Of a stretch of DNA of 64,000 nucleotides, positions 10,497 through 20,851 are shown in pieces; position 1 is the first letter of the stretch; each line of letters begins with the position of its first letter. The stretch comes from a plasmid. The stretch lies in sequence record CP113993.1; one strand, given 5' to 3'. The notes under the pieces were generated by a model. That model did no database searches and was not told where the DNA came from. It worked only from the letters and a program-made list of their open reading frames with translations. Position numbers and translations under genes: made by a program.

Positions 10497-12599
10497 TTAA
10501 TCATGTATCGGCTTGGGGGGGGTGTTACGGATAGCAACTACCTCTCCTTTCCTGAAGTGAATAATACGATCTACCGGATAGGTTCGCTCATTTTTATGAC
10601 TAACAATTATTTTAGTGCATTCATAATTCATAATAACATCAAATACTTTCTTTTCAGAAAAAATATCGAGATTACTGTCAGCCTCATCAAGAATAAGTAT
10701 TTTAGGTTTTTTAAATAAAGCTCGTACTATAAGTAATTTTTGCTTTTCACCTCCAGATAAAAAATCACTCATATCACCAACTTGTGTAAAATATCCTAAA
10801 GGAAGTCTTGTTATTACATCATGAATGCCGATAGCATCCGCAATCTCATAAACCTGTTCAATATTGTCGAGATTGTCATTAAATGTAATATTCTCATATA
10901 TTGTACCAGGAAACAGGGAATCTCCCTGAAGAACTGATGATGTTATTTTCCTTATAGCATGCTTACCTGTTTTTTTAATATTAACACCTCCAATAAAAAG
11001 AGAACCAGCAACAGGTTCTGTTATCCCCAGCAGTATCTTTATAAACGTACTTTTGCCACTGCCTGAATCACCAGTAAGAAGTACCGTTTCATTCTCTGAA
11101 ATGTCAATATTGATATCTACCAAAACCAGAGGTGCCAGCTTATCGTACTGATGGTAAATACCTCTTGCTGACAAACTATAGTTCTCATTTAGCTCAAAGT
11201 ACGACGCTAAACTACTTTCGTCCGTGGCGTGAACGATTTCAGAAAGTCGTGAGGACTGTATTTTTAACAGCTGTATCTTATAAATAAGATTTATGACGAT
11301 AGTTGAACGTCTGGAGAATTCTACTGAATACGCCGTGAAGGCAAAAATCATACCAATTGTCATTTCATTATTAAGGGCCAATAAAACTGCCACAAACAGT
11401 ACCAGAATATTCCTGAAACCAGAAATGAACTGATTAATATTTGTTGCTATCATAGTTATGATTTGGCTTTTAGCACTAACGGAGGCTTCATCCGTTATAA
11501 TACCATGGTACTGGTTATGTATTCTGTGCAGCCCACCATAAAGTTTGTGAGTCTGAATAAATTTAAGTGTGTTAATAAGTACACTTTGCTCCCTGGATTT
11601 TAATGCAATTGTGCTCAGTTGATTTTGTTTTATGTAAAAATAAGCTGCAAATCTAACAACGGAGTATAATACACTTGCCATAATTACTATCGCTGCCAGT
11701 TCAACGTTATATGATAATAAAATAACTGCGATAATAATTGAGCTTGTTGCATTAAGAATTAGAGTAGATAACTTATCAGAAAGATAATTTTGGATTATGT
11801 CAATTGATTTAAATCTGTACATGATATTACCAAAACCACGAGATTTAAAGAAATCAACAGGTAATCTGGTTAGCTTTGAAAATACATTACTCCTCCAATT
11901 ACTTTTAAAATAAGCTTCAAACTTAATCTTGGTTAAATCACTCATAGTTGAAATAACAAATTGAAGGACCAGCAATGCTAATGAAACAAGAAAGCAAAAA
12001 ATCAGCAGATTTTTATCATGATCAGGAATAACTTTATCAAGTATTAATTGTGAAATACGCGGCATTAGCAATGCAATAATGTCAATCAAAATAGATGCGG
12101 CTAACATTTTAAAAATAAATGGAATAAAACCAATAACTTTGCCAGTAACATCACGTATGTTTATCTTCTTTGGCTTTACAGGGGAAAAACTTTCACTTTT
12201 CTTTATCTCAACAGCTACACCTGTAAAGTATTGTTTAAGTTTGTCTTGGTCAATTCTCATACACCCCAGTGCAGGATCATTTATTTCTACACTATTCTTA
12301 TTTATTTTTGTTAGTACAACAAAATGCGAAAAATTCCAGTGCAAAATACAGGGGAGTGTCAATTTTCTAAGTTCCTCAATAGTAAGGCTATATGCTATTG
12401 CACGAAAACCATGATCATTACATGTCTCCATAAGATAGCTGACTTTTGTTCCTCCTGTCTGGGCGGAGTGATTTTTTCTTAACTCTGGCAAAGAAATACC
12501 ATATCCATAGTAATTGAAAATCATTGCCAGGCAGGCCTGCCCACATTCACTGTCTTCACTTTGAAGAATGAGTTTCACTCTCTTTATAAACATGTCCAC
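10497..12599 (-). CDS. Peptidase-C39 domain ABC exporter (PCAT; CvaB/MchF-type bacteriocin/microcin exporter), 700 aa.
   Basis: N-terminal C39 motif ...SEDSECGQACLAMIFNYYG.... Six transmembrane-like segments. Walker A LLTGDSGSGKST, signature LSGGEKQKL, Walker B ILILDEADSNLD. The 700-aa size matches CvaB. Confidence 0.9.
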   Translation of the reverse strand: MDMFIKRVKLILQSEDSECGQACLAMIFNYYGYGISLPELRKNHSAQTGGTKVSYLMETCNDHGFRAIAYSLTIEELRKLTLPCILHWNFSHFVVLTKINKNSVEINDPALGCMRIDQDKLKQYFTGVAVEIKKSESFSPVKPKKINIRDVTGKVIGFIPFIFKMLAASILIDIIALLMPRISQLILDKVIPDHDKNLLIFCFLVSLALLVLQFVISTMSDLTKIKFEAYFKSNWRSNVFSKLTRLPVDFFKSRGFGNIMYRFKSIDIIQNYLSDKLSTLILNATSSIIIAVILLSYNVELAAIVIMASVLYSVVRFAAYFYIKQNQLSTIALKSREQSVLINTLKFIQTHKLYGGLHRIHNQYHGIITDEASVSAKSQIITMIATNINQFISGFRNILVLFVAVLLALNNEMTIGMIFAFTAYSVEFSRRSTIVINLIYKIQLLKIQSSRLSEIVHATDESSLASYFELNENYSLSARGIYHQYDKLAPLVLVDINIDISENETVLLTGDSGSGKSTFIKILLGITEPVAGSLFIGGVNIKKTGKHAIRKITSSVLQGDSLFPGTIYENITFNDNLDNIEQVYEIADAIGIHDVITRLPLGYFTQVGDMSDFLSGGEKQKLLIVRALFKKPKILILDEADSNLDIFSEKKVFDVIMNYECTKIIVSHKNERTYPVDRIIHFRKGEVVAIRNTPPKPIHD

Positions 12600-12601
12600 C
12601 T

Positions 12602-13891
12602 CTACTTATTATCCTTAAAAAACTTAATTAATGGCTCAAGTAACCAAGTTATAAGCATTTTTCTGTCAAGAAGGATGTCAGCATGCACATGACTTCCTGA
12701 TGGTATTAAGTATAAATGTTGAGCATATACTACATCATTGCTGTCTGGCTGAATGGTGATTCGGTACATGGGTGAGCTGTATTTAAGACCATAACTTGAC
12801 TCTATTACACTGGGGTCTATCGGATACCTGCCAATATCCTTAATAATCCCTTGATAAACACCATATTTCTGAAATGGATAGCTATCATATTTTAAGGTCA
12901 CTCTTCCTCCACAAGTAACATCGGCTATAGATGAGCTATCCAGAAAGAGGTAAACAACCATTTCTCGTGTGTCAGGTATAATTGTTAAGATTTTTTCATG
13001 TGGAGAAACACTATCGCCATTCGTTTTAGTCAGGCCGGATACATATCCCTCCACAGGGGAAGTAATTACGTAGTACTGACTGTCAGACTCTGCACTTATT
13101 TTCTGGTTTAAATCATAAATTTGTTTTTTATATTGAGTCTGAGTCTGATTATAATCATCATATATTTTTAACTTTTTATTCAAAAGCAATAATATACTTT
13201 GCTCCTCTTCATTAATATTTTTTTTATAGTTTTCAGCCTGAATGGCAAGGTTAAAGTGATTTCTTGCTATATTATTCACCTCCATATCAGAAACAGCCCC
13301 CCCTGGATGTAATTTAATTATTTTATCATAAAACGGTTTTTCACGACGGATTTCATTCTCTGTTAATAAAAGAGTTCTTTCCAAAATAACAAGAGACTCC
13401 CGCCTCTTATTAAGCTCTTTATCAAGAATTAAAAGTTGTTCTTTTGTTGATTTATACTTAGACGATAACTCCTTCTCCAGGGCTTTTTTCTCTTTATTAA
13501 GTAACCCGATACCAATCTCTGTATACTGAATCCCAGAACTGTCTTTCATTACAGAGTTAATTGAAAATAATGCCTGATCTTTGTGTACATAGTCACCGTG
13601 GTGTACGTTAAGATTACTGATAACGCCCCCAGAAGCGGCATTTACTGTGGCCACTCCTTTTAATGGTATCGTAACACCAGTGACACTTACTCTTTCGGTG
13701 TACTTTAGCGTCATCATTATAAAAATGATTAGCAAGCATATTATTGCACACACAACAAACGCTACATGTGTTGATGGAACAGAAACCGGAGATATCGATT
13801 GTTGTTTATTTTTATACGCAACCGCCTCTTCCCTAAAAATACCCTTATACACTTGTAAATTCCTCATCATACTTGTAGCTTTTTGTTTCAT
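12602..13891 (-). CDS. HlyD-family membrane fusion protein (CvaA/MchE-like accessory protein of the PCAT exporter), 429 aa.
   Basis: An N-terminal TM helix is followed by a long coiled-coil region (KEKKALEKELSSKYKSTKEQLLILDKELNKRRESL...) and a C-terminal beta domain. Its stop is 3 nt from the ABC gene start, so the two are translationally coupled. Confidence 0.85.
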   Translation of the reverse strand: MKQKATSMMRNLQVYKGIFREEAVAYKNKQQSISPVSVPSTHVAFVVCAIICLLIIFIMMTLKYTERVSVTGVTIPLKGVATVNAASGGVISNLNVHHGDYVHKDQALFSINSVMKDSSGIQYTEIGIGLLNKEKKALEKELSSKYKSTKEQLLILDKELNKRRESLVILERTLLLTENEIRREKPFYDKIIKLHPGGAVSDMEVNNIARNHFNLAIQAENYKKNINEEEQSILLLLNKKLKIYDDYNQTQTQYKKQIYDLNQKISAESDSQYYVITSPVEGYVSGLTKTNGDSVSPHEKILTIIPDTREMVVYLFLDSSSIADVTCGGRVTLKYDSYPFQKYGVYQGIIKDIGRYPIDPSVIESSYGLKYSSPMYRITIQPDSNDVVYAQHLYLIPSGSHVHADILLDRKMLITWLLEPLIKFFKDNK

Positions 13892-13974
13892 TTATACATT
13901 AAAAATAATTATGCATTCGAACTAAACGTTAAGCTATTTTAAAAGCTCAAATAGTACAAATGGAGTCGATATAT

Positions 13975-14535
13975 ATGAAAAAATTAACCTCAATGGAATT
14001 AGATTTAATTGCAGGATCTGGTATCGGTCTTGGTGAAGCACTGGAAGATGTTGCTGAAGCAATTATTGAAATTGCACATGGCGGAGATGGTGGCGTAGCT
14101 CTTGGAGAAGCCTTGGATCATGCTCCAGCTGAACATGTAACTCACTCAGGAGTCACACATGATAAAGACATTTTAAATATTGACATGATATCTGCGAATA
14201 TGGATATGCATGATATTCTTTTCCATCACGGCAATTCAGTGGGTTTGCAGAAAGATTTGAATGCCCTTACTTCAGATCAACGTGTTCATTATGATGTTCA
14301 TCTGGGAGGATATCTGGCTGGCCCAGGAACATTATTTCATGATGATGTCCAGATAAAAAGAGACCCTGAAGTTTTAAATATTGATACTTATTCTGCAAAC
14401 CTTGATCGCAGCGAAATTTTATCCGGACATGCAACACCATCTGATCAGACTGACATTAATCAACTGGTTCATGATCACAGAACTCATTATGATGTCAAGG
14501 AGGGTAAATTTGTTGCCGGGCCTGGAGAAAGATAA
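13975..14535 (+). CDS. Secreted protein with a double-glycine (class II microcin-type) leader, 186 aa. The mature part is His/Asp/Gly-rich and acidic, with an internal ~57-aa tandem duplication. It is a candidate novel PCAT cargo or bacteriocin.
   Basis: The leader MKKLTSMELDLIAGSG aligns position-by-position with the ColV leader MRTLTLNELDSVSGG. A GGAG Shine-Dalgarno lies 9 nt upstream of the ATG at 13975 (the ORF track starts 15 nt earlier at 13960). Internal repeats: DILNIDMISANMDMHDILFHHGNSVGLQKDLNALTSDQRVHYDVHLGGYLAGPG versus EVLNIDTYSANLDRSEILSGHATPSDQTDINQLVHDHRTHYDVKEGKFVAGPG. The gene is divergent from the MFP/ABC pair with a 68-bp gap at 13892-13959. Confidence 0.65.
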   Translation: MKKLTSMELDLIAGSGIGLGEALEDVAEAIIEIAHGGDGGVALGEALDHAPAEHVTHSGVTHDKDILNIDMISANMDMHDILFHHGNSVGLQKDLNALTSDQRVHYDVHLGGYLAGPGTLFHDDVQIKRDPEVLNIDTYSANLDRSEILSGHATPSDQTDINQLVHDHRTHYDVKEGKFVAGPGER

Positions 14536-14564
14536 TAGTCGTATAAAATAAAGTAGTTTTAGTT

Positions 14565-14597
14565 AAAACTGACATTCACGAATGTCAGTTTTTCTTC
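14565..14597 (+). terminator. Rho-independent terminator downstream of the double-glycine-leader protein gene.
   Basis: Perfect 12-bp stem aaaactgacatt / aatgtcagtttt with loop cacg, followed by tcttc. Confidence 0.6.
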
Positions 14598-14969
14598 ATA
14601 ACGTGTGCCTTCCCGGATGTGAAAATCATTATGCAGGCGAGTATAAAAGTATTTAAATACCATATAGATCATTAAACTTACAGTGAAAAATAATAAGGTG
14701 CGCCTCAGGTAAATAGAAAAAACTTTGCATGCAATGACAACCAGCCTTAATAAAATAGCCGCTTCTACTCTGACCATCTGATATACTTTTACTGGTGATA
14801 GCCACTGAATGTATACGTGACACCAACAATAAATACCGGTACATATTTACTCTGTACACTTTCAGAATCAGTATACGCTCTTTATGAAACCGAAAAATAT
14901 AACCGTAAAAGATATGAAAGAATTTTTACGGGACATAAGTCTCATAATTTATTTGTTAAAGGGCTCCTT

Positions 14970-15689
14970 TCAGATGACATTCTTCAGAGAAGAATCATCC
15001 GATAAGCTTATTGCTGTCCGTTGCAATTCATCACGCAGACAAATCCCTCTATATAATGCCACACGTGAGGGTGGCATATCCAACCCCTTCATGGCCTGCC
15101 TCCAGTACAGACTGACCGCATTTTCACTGAGCCGCCATTGTCTTGCAACAGAAGTACCGGAAAGACCTGTAGAGAGTAAAACTAACAGCGCATATTTTTC
15201 TATGGACACGCCAACAGGCAGCTGATGCCACATATACTGCTTTAGCGTCAACAACAGTTTCTCAGAACCAGCCGCTCCCACAGGAAATCGGCACGCTACG
15301 CTGTCCGTTTTCCTGAAGCGATACCATGCTTCAGGTTCACCACTCAAATGCTCTCCAGGCTGAATAAGTGGCGTAAGCCTATCCCGCTGTAGATAATCTG
15401 TCAGCCTGAAATATTGCATGACACACCGGTCTGTAAAATATAATCGATCCACTACAATCAGCACTTTCCGGCTCGTCAGCCAGGGCTGCAGATGATAAAA
15501 TAAAAAAACATGCTCATGGGGACGCAGACATAAAACCAGCCCAGCGTCAGGGTATCGGGATAAAAACACTATCAGCTCAGTAATATTACTGCACAGCGTG
15601 GTATCGATGCCAGTGTATCGGTTCTGGATTATGGCTATTACAGCCCTGCAGTCTGCCCAGAAATCGCCATAAATAATAATGTGTTTCAT
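14970..15689 (-). CDS. Regulator with an N-terminal receiver-like domain and a C-terminal LuxR/GerE-type HTH, 239 aa.
   Basis: C-terminus ...YALLVLLSTGLSGTSVARQWRLSENAVSLYWRQAMKGL... is LuxR-type HTH-like. N-terminus MKHIIIYGDFWADCRAVIAII... is CheY-fold-like. The gene overlaps the start of CaiF-like paralog 2 by 4 nt. Confidence 0.4.
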   Translation of the reverse strand: MKHIIIYGDFWADCRAVIAIIQNRYTGIDTTLCSNITELIVFLSRYPDAGLVLCLRPHEHVFLFYHLQPWLTSRKVLIVVDRLYFTDRCVMQYFRLTDYLQRDRLTPLIQPGEHLSGEPEAWYRFRKTDSVACRFPVGAAGSEKLLLTLKQYMWHQLPVGVSIEKYALLVLLSTGLSGTSVARQWRLSENAVSLYWRQAMKGLDMPPSRVALYRGICLRDELQRTAISLSDDSSLKNVI

Positions 15690-16111
15690 GCTTTCACCTT
15701 TCTGGATTTAACCGGCCATAGTTCCCTCAGCAATACCCTCTCCTCGTGCGATGCATTTCCAACCTGGTGCCGTCTGTTTCCTGCGATACGTACAAAAGAA
15801 CGGTATTTTTGTGAAGATGATTGCGGCAGGCGGACATTAATAATCCGAACCTCATAGCAGGTTGTCAGCGAACCTTCACTTCGGGTCTTACGGATTTCAC
15901 TATCAATAATATGCTTTTTATTCATAAGATATGACAGCTGAAACGAGGCCTTCCTGTCACTCAGTTTAAAAGCTCTGGCAATATCATTCCTGTTCACCCA
16001 TGTATTTCTGTGAAGACACCATAAAGCTACGATGATAAAAAATGGCCAGTTAGCATAGATCTCCATACCCTCCGGGAGATAACGTCCCTCGTGATTATTT
16101 TGTTTTGTCAT
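15686..16111 (-). CDS. CaiF/GrlA-like winged-helix transcriptional regulator (paralog 2), 141 aa.
   Basis: ...FFIIVALWCLHRNTWVNRNDIARAFKLSDRKASFQLSYLMNKKHIIDSEIRK... is a paralog of 6059-6496. Confidence 0.45.
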   Translation of the reverse strand: MTKQNNHEGRYLPEGMEIYANWPFFIIVALWCLHRNTWVNRNDIARAFKLSDRKASFQLSYLMNKKHIIDSEIRKTRSEGSLTTCYEVRIINVRLPQSSSQKYRSFVRIAGNRRHQVGNASHEERVLLRELWPVKSRKVKA

Positions 16112-16736
16112 ATTATTCTCTTATCATCAGTCAGTCACTTATTTATCTGTTTCCGGTCAGCTGAATTACATGCTAACGTTAATTAACAATACCGGGACGA
16201 TACATTGATATGTACAGGCTCCAGAATGAATTAATATGAAACATCTGTTTAAACTATAAATCAAGACTAATAAAACTACAGTGGCATAATATCTGTAGTC
16301 AACTGTCTCCCATTAAAAATGTATGACCTCTTTTCCTGAGTCATTACAACGTTATTATTTCCACATATTATTCCACAGCGATAACTAATCTTTCATTTGT
16401 CCTCCTCTCCGGGGAGAGACCGGACTACTGACCAGGCATCTTTTTTCTCTTTTTAAGATTAGCCATTGTACTGCCGTGACTGTTTGACTATTTTAACCTG
16501 CACTATAAAATTTCCTGCCATAAAAAAGGATACGCATCCATGCCTCCGGCAGACCCGTTCCGACAGGATCATGAAGAATATGTCTCAACAGGTATACTCA
16601 GTAAAAGGTCATAATAACCGGTATAGTTCACTGCTAATTATTGGTAATAATATACCCTATGCCTTACATTTATTTCAGTTGCCTTCCGAGAACTTACTCT
16701 TAAAGTAACCCCCACTTATTTCGTTCTCCCGGAAAT

Positions 16737-16820
16737 ATTCTCAACAAAATCAAGACTAGGGTTAGGAGATTCAAAAGTTGAAGTGAAAATATCTTATCAT
16801 GACGATAAAAAAAACAAGCC
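16737..16820. repeat. Conserved ~85-bp intergenic element, copy B.
   Basis: See copy A. It lies ~630 bp upstream of the minus-strand CaiF-like paralog 2 start, and copy A lies ~520 bp upstream of the minus-strand gene at 6625-7038. Confidence 0.7.
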
Positions 16821-17689
16821 ACATTTATTTATGTTTATATCCAACAAAAAAACAACAAAAAACACACATATATGAAATGTTTTCAGGACACTTTATGACA
16901 GAGACTCAACCTCTTGGGTAAACTAAAAAATAGATAAAAAACAACAAAATACATATAATCCAGCACAACCAGACGGTACGACTATCAGTCGGATAAGGGA
17001 ATGACGATCAGACAAGTACGGAGGTTTCTTTTATTAAGAAAGGAGAGAATAATATATTACTTATAATTAAAAGTTATAAATTTATAACTTTTAAAACTTA
17101 TTCGGTATCGAAAGAAAGACTCACCGCTTAGGAGATCTGGCGATGACAATAATACTGTCCGATTATTACTGGTTATTCTGACCGTTTTTATCAGGGCCCG
17201 TCATTCAGGGCAGGGGTTTACGGCGCGGTTTTCCGACTAACTTGGTGTTTGCTGCCCGATATATTGCCGAATGTCTGAACGACTCGTCGTGTTGACATAC
17301 AGTCTTTATAAATGGCTCCGAGATATTAAGCCTGATAACACGGGACAGCAGACACAGGGTTTACTGGATGCCAGAACAGAAATCCTGAGGCTAAAAGCAT
17401 AGCTTAAACGCACTGAGGAAGAACGGGATATTCTGAAAAAGGCAGCGCGATACTTTGCAAGGGAGCCCGACTGAAGTATCGCTTTATTAACGATCACCGT
17501 AAAATCTGGTCGCTCGTTACAATGTGTCGGGTTCTCAGGGTTCCCCGGGCCGGATTTGATGTCTGGCTCCAATACGCTGAATCTTCCGGAGAAAAGGATA
17601 ACCAGCGGCTGCTGGAGCTCATCCGTGGTTCCTGGTCACTGAGTGGAGAAGTTTACGGTTATCGCTAATCGCGTGCAGCGTGAATTTAC

Positions 17690-18535
17690 CAATTTGCGCG
17701 TAAAGCCTCACCCAATGCGGGCAGGGATATAAGCGCGGTAACTGCGTAACATTTTTTGCCCCTCGTCAATATGTCTTGTAAATTTTTGCGTATTTTTAAG
17801 CCATGAAACGCGCATATAAATACAGATTCTATCCAACACCCAATCAGGTTGAATTTCGTGTCCTGCCTTTGTGAATCTGAGCCTGCATCACTGCCGGTCA
17901 CCACTAAAACGGTCGGCACTGATGTGGGTTTAAAAAATTTGTTCGTCACCGATACCGGATTCAAAACAGGCAATCCCCGCCACACCGCTAAATATGCGAA
18001 GCGACTGGCATTGTTACAGCGCCGTTTGAGCAGGACACAAAAAGGCTCAAAAAACCGCGCCAGAGGCCGCTTAAAGGTGGCCCGGCTCCACGCAAAAATT
18101 GCCGGCTGCCGGATGGACAACCGGCACAGGTTGTCCCGCAAACGGATTAACGGGAACCAGGTTGTTTGCGTCGAATCCCTTAAGGTGAAAAACATGTTCC
18201 GCAACCAGAATCTGTCCAAAGCGATAGCAGACGCGAGCCGGGGTGAACGGGTCGCCAGCTACAGTACAAAGGCGAACGGGCGGGGCGCAGCGTGGTCGCA
18301 ATCGACCAGTTTTTCCCGTCTTCCAGACGCTGTGGTTGTTGCGGCTTCACCATGAAGAAAATGCCTCCTGATGTTCGTAACCGGACTTGTCCTGAGTGTG
18401 GAGAAGCCCATGATGGTGACATTAATGCTGCCAGAAATATCAACGCTGTCGGGCTGGCAGTGTGAGCCCACGGAGAGCCTGTAAATCCTGAATCGCATAA
18501 AGCGGCTTAGGTTCGGCTTCGTGAAGTGGGGATCC
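17690..18535 (+). mobile_element. IS200/IS605-family tnpB-only element remnant (copy 1) nested in IS3 orfB. It has a left-end structured region and an internally deleted tnpB.
   Basis: The left end at 17690-17808 (tttgcgcgtaaagcctcacccaatgcgggcagggatataagcgcggtaactgcgtaacatttttt...) is ~85% identical to 29512-29630. The tnpB spans 17809-18466. Confidence 0.6.
17809..18466 (+). pseudogene. tnpB: tnpB (IS605 OrfB family) remnant with an internal deletion and frameshifts.
   Basis: Starts MKRAYKYRFYPTPNQVEF, jumps to ...DVGLKNLFVTDTGFKTGNPRHTAKYAKRLALLQRRLSRTQKGSKNRARGRLKVARLHAKIAGC.... After a frameshift it continues ...FFPSSRRCGCCGFTMKKMPPDVRNRTCPECGEAHDGDINAARNI (C-terminal zinc finger). Confidence 0.65.
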
Positions 18536-18606
18536 CCGCCCTTCAGGGCGAGGAGCAGTCAATGTTGTGAAGCCCAATCAGGTGTGGGTAACCGATATTA
18601 TCTACA

Positions 18607-20851
18607 GTATACCCGGAGTTCGGGGCAGGTATGGAGGTTCAAATGAACCACGAGTCTGTCTGGTATATTGAACCGGTAACTCATGACGAGCGACCCGACA
18701 ATCCCACCGGGTATGACGGTGGTGAACCTGAACGGCAGCATGCCCGCAGGGTAATGTAACCCGCTGACAACGGGGATTGAGACGAGATCACTAAGCCGGG
18801 ATGATCCTCAGGCTTAATCACCGAAAGGCTGAAAAACATGCCCCCGTTAATCCGGCACTGTGGCTTGTAAACGTCACCACGACCTACGTGATCTGAAGAA
18901 GGAACAGGTAGCGATACGTATGCTCTGACAGTCGAAGGTGTTCTGACATGTAAGCAACACACCGGGGCAGCAACATCCATCGCATTCGGGCTGCTGACTT
19001 CTGCCAACCTGCAGCAAGCAAGACAAAGAGTGCGACGGGCAGTCTCCTCAGTATGTCTGAGTCCAGACAGGTAAAGCGGGCAAGGTCAGCGAGGGATGTT
19101 AAGGGGGGCATGGCACCGATGACGCGCTGGCTGGCGGAGCTTCCGTAGTAGCCCGCGATGGGGAAAGCCCATTACATGGCGAAGGGAAGCAGTTTAAATG
19201 TACCTGCAACGTGAATTAACTGACTCAATGAGGTGAAGGCCTTTGATAATCAGCGAAATGCAACGCAAGCCTGACACATGGGCAGCAACCGATCCGTCCC
19301 GACGGACCGAACGGCTGCGGCGTCTGATGACACGACCAGAATGGCTGGCTGAAGCGGCGCGGCTCATCCTTTCATCAAAAGGAGCACATACTCCCGGCGT
19401 GGATGGTGTGAACAAAGCAAAGCCACAGGCCGGACTGCCTGCTGAGTTGCAAAGACCCAGAGAAAATCTTCTCCCGGGTCATTACCAGCCCCTGCCAGCC
19501 AGACGGGTTTATATCCCGAAAACAACGGCAAACTGCGACCACTGGGGATCCCGCGTTGCGGGATCGTATTGTTCAGCGGTCCATGCTGATGGCGATGGAG
19601 CCTGTCCGGGAGAGTGATTTTCATACGCTCTCGTATGGCTTCCGGCCTGAACGCAGTGTCCATCACGCGAGCCGCACGGTGAAATTACAGCTCACCGACA
19701 GTGGGGAACGCGGGGCTCCGGGTTATTGAAGGTGATCAGGTCAGCTACTTCGACACAGCTCATCACCGGCTGCTGATGAAAGCCGCCCACCGCAGGATCA
19801 GTGACACACGCCTTATGAGCCTGCTGTGGAAAAATCAGGGCCGGGCATGTTGATGCCGGTCTCTTCCGGGTGGCCAGTGAAGATGTACCACACGACGTGT
19901 TATCCCGCCTTTACTGTCGAACATCATTCTGAATGGATTCGTCATTATCTGCATAAACGTTACCTGGGCGGACAAGCCCGTAAGGATCTCTGGTACTGGA
20001 ATCACAGTATCCGGCGGGGCCGAAGTACTGCGGTCAGAGAAAACGGGTAATGGAAACCCGTTGTGGCGTACTGTCGGTATACCGATGACTTCGTGCTTAT
20101 CGTCAAAGTCACCAAAGCGCAGGCGGAAACCCTCAGAGAAGAATGCTGAAACGTATCTGAAGGCCGTCTGAAACTCAGGCTGAACATGGACAAGACCAGG
20201 ATCACCCATATTAATGCCGGTCTTATCTTTCTGGGCCACAGGATCATCCGTAAACGCGGTCGTTACGGCGGTATGCGGGTAGTCCTGGCGATCCCGAAGA
20301 AGAAAGCCAGAAACTTCCCTGCGTCACTAACGGTTTTGTTATCAGGCAATTACAGTGAAAGCAAAATCGATATGGTTGAGAGACTCAACCGGAAACTGAA
20401 AGGCTGGACCGCGTTCTATCAGTTCGTTAATTTTAAGGCCAAAGTCTTCAGTTATATCGATCGTGTCGTGTTCTGGAAACTGGCTCACTGGCTGGCCCGA
20501 AAATATCGTAAAGGTATCGCATCCCTGATGAGGTGGTGGTGTAAATCACAGAAACCGGGACAAGGTAAAACGTGGGTTTTATTTGGTGAAATCAACCACG
20601 AGAAGCTCAACGGTGAAGTACTTTATCGGTTGGTAGGACAAGGTAAGAAGCTGTTCCGCTGGCGCTTACCAGAAGGTAACCCTTACCAGAGGACAGAAGC
20701 CAGGAATACATATACATCGCGTTTCGCTGAAGTGGCAATGGTGTTCGCCAGCGTTTAAATGAAGAGCCGGATGTGCTGAAAGGTACATGTCCGGTTCGTA
20801 GAGGAGAGGCAGGGAAATAGTCCGACTACGCCCTGTCTCTTACTCTACTAC
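18607..20851 (+). mobile_element. Group II intron of ~2.2 kb inserted in IS3 orfB. Domain V lies at 20764-20797, with domain VI and a bulged A just before the 3' end. The 5' boundary is uncertain.
   Basis: The 34-nt domain V gagccggatgtgctgaaaggtacatgtccggttc is canonical. A domain VI helix gaggagaggcaggg...ccctgtctcttActc follows, with the intron ending ...ctactac. Joining the flanking sequence restores the IS3 OrfB motif DIIY|IRTWQG(W)[10 protein letters not shown]. The 5' end at 18607 (gtatac...) does not match the GUGYG consensus, so the 5' boundary may be off by tens of nucleotides. Confidence 0.6.
19243..20758 (+). pseudogene. Intron-encoded reverse transcriptase/maturase (LtrA-like) split into at least 4 frames.
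   Basis: Fragments include ...PARRVYIPK..., ...ALRDRIVQRSMLMAMEPVRESDFHTLSYGFRPERSVHHA..., ...YTDDFVLIV... (a YxDD motif) and ...RLNRKLKGWTAFYQF... (maturase/X domain). These are read from several frames. Confidence 0.65.
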
